Below, one piece after another: positions 22,470 through 32,859 of a stretch of 32,859 nucleotides of DNA. The notes under the pieces are model-generated. The model did not search any database and was not told where the DNA came from. It worked only from the letters and a program-made list of their open reading frames with translations. The DNA lies in contig NC_068998.1 of the NCBI RefSeq assembly GCF_001194135.2, positions 6,517,280 to 6,550,138 of the forward strand, given 5' to 3'. Both the position numbers and the translations under genes were made by a program. Positions within the stretch are counted from its first letter, which is position 1. The number at the start of each line of letters is the position of its first letter. The stretch comes from Octopus bimaculoides (Eukaryota).

Positions 22470-23190
22470 AATGAGCAAAAGGACCAACTATATGACGTGC
22501 AGAATAGACTACACTACTGATAGCGACAAATGCAGAATGTGTGGTGGGAGGCTTGAAACGATGTGGCACATCGTTAGCGAATGTCCGAAATTGGCACAAC
22601 GCGAAGACAAAAGACGATATGACAATGTGGCAAGAACGATCCATTGGGAGCTCTGTCGAAATCACGGCCTACCAAGAACAAAAACATGGCATGAGCAAAC
22701 TCCGGAAGGAGTCACCGGAAATGAGAATTGTAAAACTCAGTGAGATGCAATGGTCCAGTGCGATCACCTGACCAGACATCGGAAACCGGACATTGTTGTG
22801 GTGAATAAAAAAAAAAAGAACATGTATGATAATCGACATAGCATGCCCCAGTGACAACAGGATCAATGTGAAAGAAGAAGAAAAAATAAAGAATTATGAC
22901 AATTTGAAGTGGGAAATACGAAGGTTGTAGTCAATGAAGAGAGTAAATGTGATACCAATAGTAAGAATCAGCACTTAGAAGAATCAGCACTCAACTACCA
23001 ATATGGCTGAAAAAGATCGGTGCAAGGTGAAGGTGGAACACCCGCAAACATCAGCATTGCTTGGAACTGCAAGAATTCAAGAAGCATGACAAGTGGACAA
23101 GTTTCATCTTAGTCTGCTGGCTGTGGATAGCTCACACATTCCATTATACCCAGCAAAAATAAGCTGTGAGTTTTCATATAATAATAATGG
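22470..23190 (+). pseudogene. R4/Dong-like LINE relic B: CCHC knuckle, restriction-like endonuclease, 3' UTR, (AAT)n tail
   Basis: CRMCGGRLETMWHIVSEC (22531-22584), RKPDIVVV, MIIDIACPSDNRINVKEEEKIKNYDNLKWEI and SALLGTARI. Interrupted by stops and frameshifts. Confidence 0.92.
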
Positions 23191-23220
23191 TAACTATTAT
23201 TATTATTATTATTATTATTC

Positions 23221-23363
23221 AGTAGTTTTATTTTTATAACGTGCTTTCACTTCACTACCGAGCGCAGCTCTGTGCGCCTTGGGTATGTGCTGTGGTTTGC
23301 TGTGGTGCTCTGATGTTTACTGTATTGAAAGTGTTTTGCGTAGAATGTGTGCAGTACCCAGTA

Positions 23364-23364
<1 letters not shown>
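23221..23364 (-). mobile_element. R4/Dong-like LINE C, extreme 3' end, inserted in (TAT)n
   Basis: Minus strand reads LLGTAHILRKTLSIQ*, then a 3' UTR and (AAT)n tail. (TAT)n lies on both sides. Confidence 0.85.
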
Positions 23365-23399
<35 letters not shown>

Positions 23400-23406
23400 G
23401 TTATAA

Positions 23407-23487
<81 letters not shown>

Positions 23488-23500
23488 TTACTATTATTAA
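23365..23500. repeat. Convergent (TAT)n and (AAT)n tracts
   Basis: Mutually complementary trinucleotide arrays separated by about 10 nt. Confidence 0.95.
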
Positions 23501-23908
23501 TATTAATCAAAATGTTAAAAACCTTCAAAATAGGTTTTTTTTTCTTAACTATATAATGTACAAGAAACAAAATTGTACAAGAAAATGGCGTCAGTTTTAA
23601 TATTGAATAAATATACTCCGTTATATTTTAATTTTTCTTTCGTTAATAACATAGAAAATGTATAAAATGTTCAATAGAAACTAAAATAGAATGTATATTT
23701 GTATTGAAATTAGTTAAAGTAGAACATATGAAAGCAATGCTTAAATTATGTGTGCGTTACGCATCTGCGCTATAACGTTTGTACACATGCATACTACACA
23801 CATACATACATATATAAATATATATACATATATATACATATATATATATATACATTTATATATATAAGTATGTATATATAAATGTATGCATATATATATA
23901 CACATATA

Positions 23909-23941
<33 letters not shown>

Positions 23942-24437
23942 NNNNNNNNNNNNNNNNNNNNNNNNNNNNNNNNNNNNNNNNNNNNNNNNNNNNNNNNNNN
24001 NNNNNNNNNNNNNNNNNNNNNNNNNNNNNNNNNNNNNNNNNNNNNNNNNNNNNNNNNNNNNNNNNNNNNNNNNNNNNNNNNNNNNNNNNNNNNNNNNNNN
24101 NNNNNNNNNNNNNNNNNNNNNNNNNNNNNNNNNNNNNNNNNNNNNNNNNNNNNNNNNNNNNNNNNNNNNNNNNNNNNNNNNNNNNNNNNNNNNNNNNNNN
24201 NNNNNNNNNNNNNNNNNNNNNNNNNNNNNNNNNNNNNNNNNNNNNNNNNNNNNNNNNNNNNNNNNNNNNNNNNNNNNNNNNNNNNNNNNNNNNNGTGCCT
24301 GTTTAATGAATATATATATATATACAAAATGCTTGTTGTGTATATACATATATATACCTATATACATACATATTTATAACTACACATACATGCGTACACA
24401 AGCACAAGCACAAACGTATACATCCATATTTACATGC

Positions 24438-24493
<56 letters not shown>

Positions 24494-25009
24494 ATATATA
24501 TATATATACATATATACACATATATATATACACACATATATATGGTATATGTATGTATGTATGTATGCCTGTATATATTTGTATGCTGGTATGCAAGCAT
24601 GCATGTATGTATAACAAAACCAAACACGCATATAGAAAGCTGTTAATATGAGGATCGGTTTTCATTCGATATTTTTCCGATGAATTTTATACTTTTCTGT
24701 ATATTTGTTGTTGTTGTTTTCTTCTTATTTATTTTCAATTTTAAAGTTATTCAATTTTAGCTTCTATTTAATAACTTCTTCTAATTTCAGTTCTGAATCC
24801 TTATATTTGTGGATACATCATTTTTGTCAATGACTGTATGGTGATGTTTAAGCATAAATTATTGTTATTGTTATTATTATTATTATTATGATTATGATTA
24901 TATGTACATACAAATAAATAGACATATATGCGATTAAATTGCTGTGTTTATGCCGATTTTAGAATAGTTGTAATGTGTCTCTGCGTGGCGTAAGAGGTGA
25001 TTAAATGTA

Positions 25010-25131
25010 TCGGCGACAGGAAGAAGCATCCGGCCGCAAAACGCTACTCCAGAAAAGTCGCCTAACCCATACACCCATGGAAAAACGGAAGCAAAACACA
25101 TTGACGACGACAATGATGATGATGATGATGT
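25010..25131 (+). mobile_element. RTE-type SINE/LINE 3' tail with (GAT)n
   Basis: GGCGACAGGAAGAAGCATCCGGCCG...AACCCATACACCCATGGAAAAACGGA, then (GAC/GAT)n. Confidence 0.6.
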
Positions 25132-25203
25132 TAATTACGATGCATTGTTTCCTTGTTCTTTTATTGATACCATTCTGGTTTATCATCTTTAAATATTTTA
25201 AGC

Positions 25204-25593
25204 CAGTGGTTCCCAAACTATTACGGGATACCACCCCCTTGGCATACCCTCCGCCCCCTTGGCATACCCTCCTCCCCCTTGGCATACCCTCCGCCCCTTT
25301 GGCATACCCTCCGCCCCCTTGGTATACCCTCCGCCCCCTTGGCATCCCTCCGCACACTCACCACCACAAACATAGACTACTTCCTGAAGCAAATTCAAAA
25401 CAACCGTAATTAATATGCAAGTAAGCCATAATTAACGTAAAAACTTAACATAATTAACCCATTATTTTGCTGTTTACAAACCCATCGCCCCCTTTTGACC
25501 GCCTCATTATCGCCCTACATTTCTTGAATGGCCCCACCCTGGATCTTTCCACCGTACCCAAGGGGGCAGTATCGCCCACCTTGGGAATCACTG
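25204..25593. mobile_element. hAT (Buster-type) MITE, 390 bp
   Basis: TIRs are CAGTGGTTCCCAA and the reverse complement of TTGGGAATCACTG. The 8-bp TSD is TTTTAAGC / TTTTAAAC (7/8, central TA). Confidence 0.9.
25231..25353. repeat. 20-bp minisatellite, six copies, inside the MITE
   Basis: Unit CCGCCCCCTTGGCATACCCT at 25231, 25251, 25271, 25291, 25311 and 25331. Confidence 0.95.
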
Positions 25594-25815
25594 TTTTAAA
25601 CGATTTATATCAAACTCTGCATATTTCCTTTCTACAAATTTTATGAGTTTCGTAAGAGACGAGTTGGTAAATCCATATAAACGTAAAGGGGCGTCATTTG
25701 AACAAGGTATTTTTTTTTTATTCCGATATGCCAACTGGGTGTCTAGCCATCGCATATTCTTCACACATACATACACACTCACGTATGTACACAGTCACAT
25801 ACATAATAATTATAA

Positions 25816-25878
25816 TCCTTTCTGCTATAGGCACAAGGCCTGAAATTTGGAGGGAGGGGGCCAGACGATTAGATCGAC
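25816..25878 (-). mobile_element. OK/Nin-type SINE 3' fragment
   Basis: TCCTTTCTGCTATAGGCACAAGGCCTGAAATTTGG...ACGATTAGATCGAC. Confidence 0.6.
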
Positions 25879-26158
25879 TGAATGAGCGATTGATGTCCGT
25901 CGTAAGAGTGTCCCCCAGTTTGTGCATTTTCAGCTGAAAATACTGGGGCAACGGAAAAAGAAATGCATTGATCAAAGAAACCACACAAGCCAGTTTGGAA
26001 ATCGATTTCACAGCCTATCGATTGAACTACAGACTACATACCTATATATATATATATATATATATTTATATAAATAAGGATAAGATCGATATTTAAAATA
26101 TTAATCTTATCAAGTGGTCAGCATGGGAATAAAAACCATCAAAGGTAATAATTATTTA

Positions 26159-26312
26159 AAATTATAATACAGGGTATCAAGAGATACCACCACGCTGAAA
26201 AAATAGCAGTCAAATCCTGACTCTAAAACCACAAGATTGTGGTTTTAGAGTCAGGATTTGACTGCTATTTTTACAGCGTGGTGGTATCTCTTGATACCCT
26301 GTATTATAATTT
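26159..26312. repeat. Near-perfect 154-bp palindrome: 76-bp arms, 2-nt spacer, 1 mismatch
   Basis: 26159-26234 is the reverse complement of 26237-26312 except for one A/T position; spacer GA. Confidence 0.95.
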
Positions 26313-26631
26313 ATATATATATATATATAGGTATATATATATATGTGTGAGTGTGTGTGTATATATATATATATATATGTTTGTATGTATGTATGTATGT
26401 ATGTATGTATGTATGTATGTATATATGATTGTATGTTTGTATGTATGTATGCATGTATACATGTGCGTGTATGTATATATGTATATAGATAGATAGATAG
26501 ATAGATAGATTCATATATATATATATATATATATAAAATATACAGCCATATGTATACATATACACAGGTGTGCGTGTTTCTTATATATGTATATATACAC
26601 GTATGTGTATTATATATACATACACATAATG

Positions 26632-26680
<49 letters not shown>

Positions 26681-27039
26681 CCCGTGCTAGTGCATATTTG
26701 AAGTTAACTTATATGAAATGTCGATATTTGCGCCATGCTGATTATATATATATGTATGTATGTATGCATGTATGTATGTATGCATGTATGTATGTATGTA
26801 TGTATGTATGTATGTATGTATGTATGTATGTATGTGTGTGTGTGTGTTCCACGTTTTCTTGCGCTCCAAATCTAATAAATAAAACTGCAATGTATATAGT
26901 TTATGTATAATTTTAAATATATATAAATATACAGTGCATATAATTTATATGTAAAGTAAATATGTTTACTTTAAATTATATAAATTTGTTATACATAAAT
27001 ATATGTAATGTAGATATATATTTCATATATATATATAAA

Positions 27040-27078
<39 letters not shown>

Positions 27079-28001
27079 NNNNNNNNNNNNNNNNNNNNNN
27101 NNNNNNNNNNNNNNNNNNNNNNNNNNNNNNNNNNNNNNNNNNNNNNNNNNNNNNNNNNNNNNNNNNNNNNNNNNNNNNNNNNNNNNNNNNNNNNNNNNNN
27201 NNNNNNNNNNNNNNNNNNNNNNNNNNNNNNNNNNNNNNNNNNNNNNNNNNNNNNNNNNNNNNNNNNNNNNNNNNNNNNNNNNNNNNNNNNNNNNNNNNNN
27301 NNNNNNNNNNNNNNNNNNNNNNNNNNNNNNNNNNNNNNNNNNNNNNNNNNNNNNNNNNNNNNNNNNNNNNNNNNNNNNNNNNNNNNNNNNNNNNNNNNNN
27401 NNNNNNNNNNNNNNNNNNNNNNNNNNNNNNNNNNNNNNNNNNNNNNNNNNNNNNNNNNNNNNNNNNNNNNNNNNNNNNNNNNNNNNNNNNNNNNNNNNNN
27501 NNNNNNNNNNNNNNNNNNNNNNNNNNNNNNNNNNNNNNNNNNNNNNNNNNNNNNNNNNNNNNNNNNNNNNNNNNNNNNNNNNNNNNNNNNNNNNNNNNNN
27601 NNNNNNNNNNNNNNNNNNNNNNNNNNNNNNNNNNNNNNNNNNNNNNNNNNNNNNNNNNNNNNNNNNNNNNNNNNNNNNNNNNNNNNNNNNNNNNNNNNNN
27701 NNNNNNNNNNNNNNNNNNNNNNNNNNNNNNNNNNNNNNNNNNNNNNNNNNNNNNNNNNNNNNNNNNNNNNNNNNNNNNNNNNNNNNNNNNNNNNNNNNNN
27801 NNNNNNNNNNNNNNNNNNNNNNNNNNNNNNNNNNNNNNNNNNNNNNNNNNNNNNNNNNNNNNNNNNNNNNNNNNNNNNNNNNNNNNNNNNNNNNNNNNNN
27901 NNNNNNNNNNNNNNNNNTATATATATACATATATATATATGCATATGTGTGTGTGTGTATATATATATATATGTGCACACATATATACATATATATATAT
28001 A

Positions 28002-28039
<38 letters not shown>

Positions 28040-28137
28040 CACACGTACTGACACATATGCACACACATGATATTATGTGTAGCAATTGTTGTTTTGTTAA
28101 TTTGTTATGAGTTGGTGTGTACCACCACACGCCTGTA

Positions 28138-28179
<42 letters not shown>

Positions 28180-28454
28180 ACACACCAACTTGTACGTTTA
28201 TCACTGTTACTGTATATCTATTTACGTACGCATGCGCATATACATATATATATACACATATATTCTGTGTCTACATATCTATGTATGTGCTTATGTCCAT
28301 ATTTTGTATATGTATATATGTATATGTGTATAAGTATGTACATAAACATTTATGCTTGCTTATTCGTACTTATTGCTACGCCATTCCTCCTCACCTTCCC
28401 CATGTACCGATCATATTTCTGACATTTCAAATGTATGTACTGTCATCACGTGAC

Positions 28455-28490
28455 ATTAACTCCTTTTTTTTTCTTATTCTTTTTCTCCAG
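28455..28490 (+). other. Strong 3' splice-site-like signal
   Basis: CATTAAC branch-like motif, long pyrimidine tract and CTCCAG. All three downstream frames stop within 19 codons. Confidence 0.2.
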
Positions 28491-28647
28491 AATATTCTAT
28501 CGATTTTTGTGTCCGAGTTATAAATAGAACTCCCAGGAAATGTTAAGTTTAATTTGAAAAATGTTACACATGAAGCTCACGGCCACTGAGTAAATCCCGA
28601 AGTATTTCCAACTTCACAAATTATGTATATGTATATATGTGTATATG

Positions 28648-28702
<55 letters not shown>

Positions 28703-28880
28703 NNNNNNNNNNNNNNNNNNNNNNNNNNNNNNNNNNNNNNNNNNNNNNNNNNNNNNNNNNNNNNNNNNNNNNNNNNNNNNNNNNNNNNNNNNNNNNNNNN
28801 NNNNNNNNNNNNNNNNNNNNNNNNNNNNNNNNNNNNNNNNNNNNNNNNNNNNNNNNNNNNNNNNNNNNNNNNNNNNNNNN

Positions 28881-28921
<41 letters not shown>

Positions 28922-29307
28922 TATATGTATACATGTACATTCATTTAGAGATAGATAGTTACATATATACACATACAGATACCCACATCCATCCATCCAT
29001 CCCTACATACATACATACATACATACATTTGTTTAGTTTTCTTAATATTCCTTCTGGATTACATAACCAACCATACATTTGCTCCGCTCATTCTTACAAG
29101 AAGAAAAATTAGTGAATGATATTGCCAGGCATTAACACAACAGGCTCTTCCTATTAGCATATCCATCTTGAATTGTTTTTCTGCTCAGATTCATGTTTCT
29201 CTTTGTTATATTAAACATCCCGGGTATTTCGTCATTGTTACTGGATAGCTTTGCTAGCTTACATCTCCTCCCTCTCCTCCTCTTTGTGCTTCTTCTTCTT
29301 CTTGTCC

Positions 29308-29382
<75 letters not shown>

Positions 29383-29552
29383 AAAGGAGAAAGGACTGGT
29401 GGGGAGTTTGGGCTGTCGTGATGTTAAGGATAACGATGATGATGATAATAACGGTAATGATGATGATGATGATGATAGTGGTGGTTTTGGTGCTGCCGTT
29501 TGGAGCGATGATCATCATAATCATCATTATTCAGCATCATCATCATCATCAT
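29308..29552. repeat. (GAT)n and (CAT)n trinucleotide tracts
   Basis: Direct repeats. Confidence 0.9.
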
Positions 29553-30020
29553 GATTTCTTCTTATTTTAATAATGCACAACAGGTTCCATTATCTAATGG
29601 GTCTTCATTTTGTGTTTCTCTTAGGCTATTATGTCTAGCAGCCTATTGGGTGCCGAGCAATTGCGTAAAGACTCCCTTTTTTATTTTTTCCATTTAGTTG
29701 TTGAATTTTGTTCTCTGTGGAAATCAAATTTTGCTCAACACATTTTGTATTGTGCTGCCTTTAGAATAGCGTTCGATCACTTGTATGTATTCACTTCTAA
29801 ATCTTAGAAGAAAGATGAAAAAGAGAGGAAAGACGGTATTGAGGAAAGATGGTTCAAATCAGAGCAAATTGTCCAATTGAAACACGTATTATCTTCCACT
29901 ACGCTCTTCGTTCATTCATCAATTAGAATCTGTCTCTAGGCCTTCAACATACCCAGCGGCATAAATTCAAAGACCATAGGGTTACTCACAACTCGTAAAA
30001 CGATCACAATTGAAGGAAAC

Positions 30021-30257
30021 CTAGGGTATCAGGACAAAATTCCCCCCATGGACAAAATCCCCACTGGACAAATTTTACACAAAAATATCAACTAATAAAT
30101 ATTATGAATTTTTTATAAAATTTCTTTTTCGTAAAATACTTTTATTGTAAAATAAGAACAATACCCCCGGGAGATATTGACTACCGGGAGATTTTGTCCG
30201 GAGTGGGATTTTGTCCAGGGGGGAATTTTGTCCAGTGGGGATTTTTTCCCTAGTGCC
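30021..30257. mobile_element. MITE-like element with inverted arrays of subterminal GGACAAAATCCCC repeats
   Basis: Three motif copies at 30032, 30050 and 30066; four to five inverted copies at 30169-30249; AT-rich spacer; CTAGGG/CCCTAG near the ends. Superfamily not determined. Confidence 0.75.
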
Positions 30258-30269
30258 GAAAGTTAGTGT

Positions 30270-30460
30270 GCATCATTCATGGAGTTGAAACATCAGAACG
30301 ATCTACGCATAACCATCTGTCATTTCTCTTGCCAGACTTTTGGTCCTGATCGAAGTTTCGTTATCATCGGAGAACAACCAAAGCGTAGCACTGCGACACC
30401 TGGAGTACTTCTCTGACGAAAAAGATTTCGACCAAGACCAAAAGCCAAAACAGGGTAGGG
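30270..30460 (+). pseudogene. Tc1/mariner-superfamily transposase relic (FSDEKxFDQDQK type)
   Basis: YFSDEKDFDQDQKPK at 30406-30450 is a first-catalytic-D motif. Confidence 0.6.
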
Positions 30461-30479
30461 GGTATAATATAAATATAAA

Positions 30480-30845
30480 TCACAAAAAACTGGAAGGCTT
30501 TATGAGCCTATGATTCATAAATTTCTTCGCCTGACAACTATTGTCATCTTGTCTGTAAAATACCAACACATTCTCTGATAAGGAAAATGGAATTTGGATG
30601 ACCCCAATGCTTATAAGTATTACTGGGCAGATAAATGTATACAAAATTTTACTTATTCCAAGTTGCAGAACAGTGGAGAAGAGCAATATCTACCATGAGA
30701 AAGCTGCAGCTTGTCATCGTGGACGTCCGTTCCAATGCTGCACGATACACCGATAAGAAGGTTCCAAAGCGAGAACTTCAAATTTCAACACGACAATGCT
30801 TCCTATTCATAAAACAATGACAACTTCAGATTTTTTAATTATTTA
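30480..30845 (+). pseudogene. Tc3-like (Tc1/mariner) transposase relic
   Basis: FSDK (30571), KWNLDDPNAYKYYW, AISTMRKLQLVIVDVRSNAARY and ENFKFQHDNA-PIHK (30783-30813) follow the Tc3 order FSDEKKFNLDGPDG..YYW...AF..K.KL....V...MNS..Y...F.FQQDNA.IH. Frameshifted, with an internal deletion. Confidence 0.85.
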
Positions 30846-31324
30846 ATCTATTTTCGGATTTAAATAAATTTGAATATTGCAATGCCTCCTTCTATTCTAT
30901 TTCCTATTTAGGGGTGAGTTTCATGAATTTGGGTGGTATAGTTCACCGGAAAAAAAAAAACAGACACCGGAAAAAAAACAGACTTTATAGTTTTGAAAAG
31001 CGGTTTATATACATAGAGAGAGAGTAGGGGGGAAGAGACAATGGTTCACAACATACAATCTAAGTGCTCAATACAAGATATATCAAGTGGACTATAATCC
31101 AATATGCAGATTTATTCAATATTTCTTACAAAGACAAGAGACTTTTTTCACTGTTCTTTATATCAAATAACCTATAAATTTACTTTCTTTCAAGAAGCAA
31201 GATCACACCTTTGAAAGAGAGTTGCCTTTGTAAGGAATTTTGAATAAATCTACATTCTGGATTACATTACATTATGTCATATATGCACGTATATGTGTGC
31301 CTGAATTAAGATAGAAAGAAGGGG

Positions 31325-31326
<2 letters not shown>

Positions 31327-31410
<84 letters not shown>

Positions 31411-31411
31411 T
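31327..31411. repeat. (GATA)n microsatellite
   Basis: Direct repeat. Confidence 0.95.
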
Positions 31412-31620
31412 AGCTATACATATATGTGCATATATATAATTATACATATATATGTATATATGCATATATATTTGTATGTGTGTATGTAAATATACATACA
31501 TGCATATATATATACACACACATATTCATTTATATATATATAAACAAAAATATATGTGTATATATGTATTATATGTATTTGTGTTTATGAATATGTATAC
31601 ACATACATACATACACACAC

Positions 31621-31651
<31 letters not shown>

Positions 31652-32370
31652 NNNNNNNNNNNNNNNNNNNNNNNNNNNNNNNNNNNNNNNNNNNNNNNNN
31701 NNNNNNNNNNNNNNNNNNNNNNNNNNNNNNNNNNNNNNNNNNNNNNNNNNNNNNNNNNNNNNNNNNNNNNNNNNNNNNNNNNNNNNNNNNNNNNNNNNNN
31801 NNNNNNNNNNNNNNNNNNNNNNNNNNNNNNNNNNNNNNNNNNNNNNNNNNNNNNNNNNNNNNNNNNNNNNNNNNNNNNNNNNNNNNNNNNNNNNNNNNNN
31901 NNNNNNNNNNNNNNNNNNNNNNNNNNNNNNNNNNNNNNNNNNNNNNNNNNNNNNNNNNNNNNNNNNNNNNNNNNNNNNNNNNNNNNNNNNNNNNNNNNNN
32001 NNNNNNNNNNNNNNNNNNNNNNNNNNNNNNNNNNNNNNNNNNNNNNNNNNNNNNNNNNNNNNNNNNNNNNNNNNNNNNNNNNNNNNNNNNNNNNNNNNNN
32101 NNNNNNNNNNNNNNNNNNNNNNNNNNNNNNNNNNNNNNNNNNNNNNNNNNNNNNNNNNNNNNNNNNNNNNNNNNNNNNNNNNNNNNNNNNNNNNNNNNNN
32201 NNNNNNNNNNNNNNNNNNNNNNNNNNNNNNNNNNNNNNNNNNNNNNNNNNNNNNNNNNNNNNNNNNNNNNNNNNNNNNNNNNNNNNNNNNNNNNNNNNNN
32301 NNNNNNNNNNNNNNNNNNNNNNNNNNNNNNNNNNNNNNNNNNNNNNNNNNNNNNNNNNNNNNNNNNNNNN

Positions 32371-32401
<31 letters not shown>

Positions 32402-32448
32402 ATATATATATGTACGTACTTATGCTTGTATATATTTATTTATCTATT

Positions 32449-32449
<1 letters not shown>

Positions 32450-32526
<77 letters not shown>

Positions 32527-32530
32527 TGAC

Positions 32531-32604
<74 letters not shown>

Positions 32605-32678
32605 ATAGATATGACAGATAGATAGATAGATAGATACGTGCATACATACATGCGTACATACATACATACATACATACA

Positions 32679-32710
<32 letters not shown>
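32450..32710. repeat. (TAGA)n and (CATA)n microsatellites
   Basis: Direct repeats. Confidence 0.95.
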
Positions 32711-32712
<2 letters not shown>

Positions 32713-32859
32713 CATCCATGTACATACATAAACATATTCATACACAATACTAGTTTTATAATTACTTATTTCTTTCCGTCCAATCAAAATTTTCCTGTTT
32801 CCTTTTCTTCAAATATTTTTCTTTCCTTTCTATATTCTTCATATATATATATATATATA

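Noticed and set aside
29132-29290. Hydrophobic or GPCR-like peptide FMFLFVILNIP
   Set aside because: Explained by T-rich composition; bounded by stops, with no other transmembrane exons found.
30345-30372. Minus-strand CCGATGA-TAAC-GAAA
   Set aside because: No stem II or helix III, and it lies inside a transposase relic.
30336-30820. Two-exon secreted-peptide model (LLVLIEVSLSSENNQ...)
   Set aside because: The same sequence carries Tc1/mariner catalytic motifs, which is a simpler explanation.
30945-30983. Short tandem duplication CACCGGAAAAAAAAACAGA x2
   Set aside because: Ordinary slippage duplication around a poly-A run.

Overview
AT-rich, microsatellite-dense animal genomic DNA. The SINE families present (tRNA-head CORE-type and Nin/OK-type) match my recollection of octopus repeats, so a coleoid cephalopod source is inferred, not proven. 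About 3.8 kb is N gap in 12 blocks, most next to (AT)n or (GT)n tracts. No protein-coding gene can be called with confidence, and nearly all long entries in the ORF track are microsatellite or gap artefacts. The window is largely a layered deposit of transposable elements: about a dozen SINE copies or fragments; five relics of R4/Dong-like LINEs (restriction-like endonuclease, RLE); two Tc1/mariner transposase relics; a hAT/Buster transposase relic; a 390-bp hAT MITE with an 8-bp TSD; and a second MITE-like element. The most notable items are structural. (1) A minimal type I hammerhead ribozyme motif of the Penelope-like class at 216-264 (-), plus two partial relics. (2) Two long fold-back hairpins, at 12157-12264 (made from LINE coding sequence) and 26159-26312 (76-bp arms, 1 mismatch). 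(3) An inverted SINE pair. (4) Hairpin-containing and G-rich minisatellites. (5) A perfect RFX X-box. (6) A speculative phase-compatible chain of small minus-strand exons.
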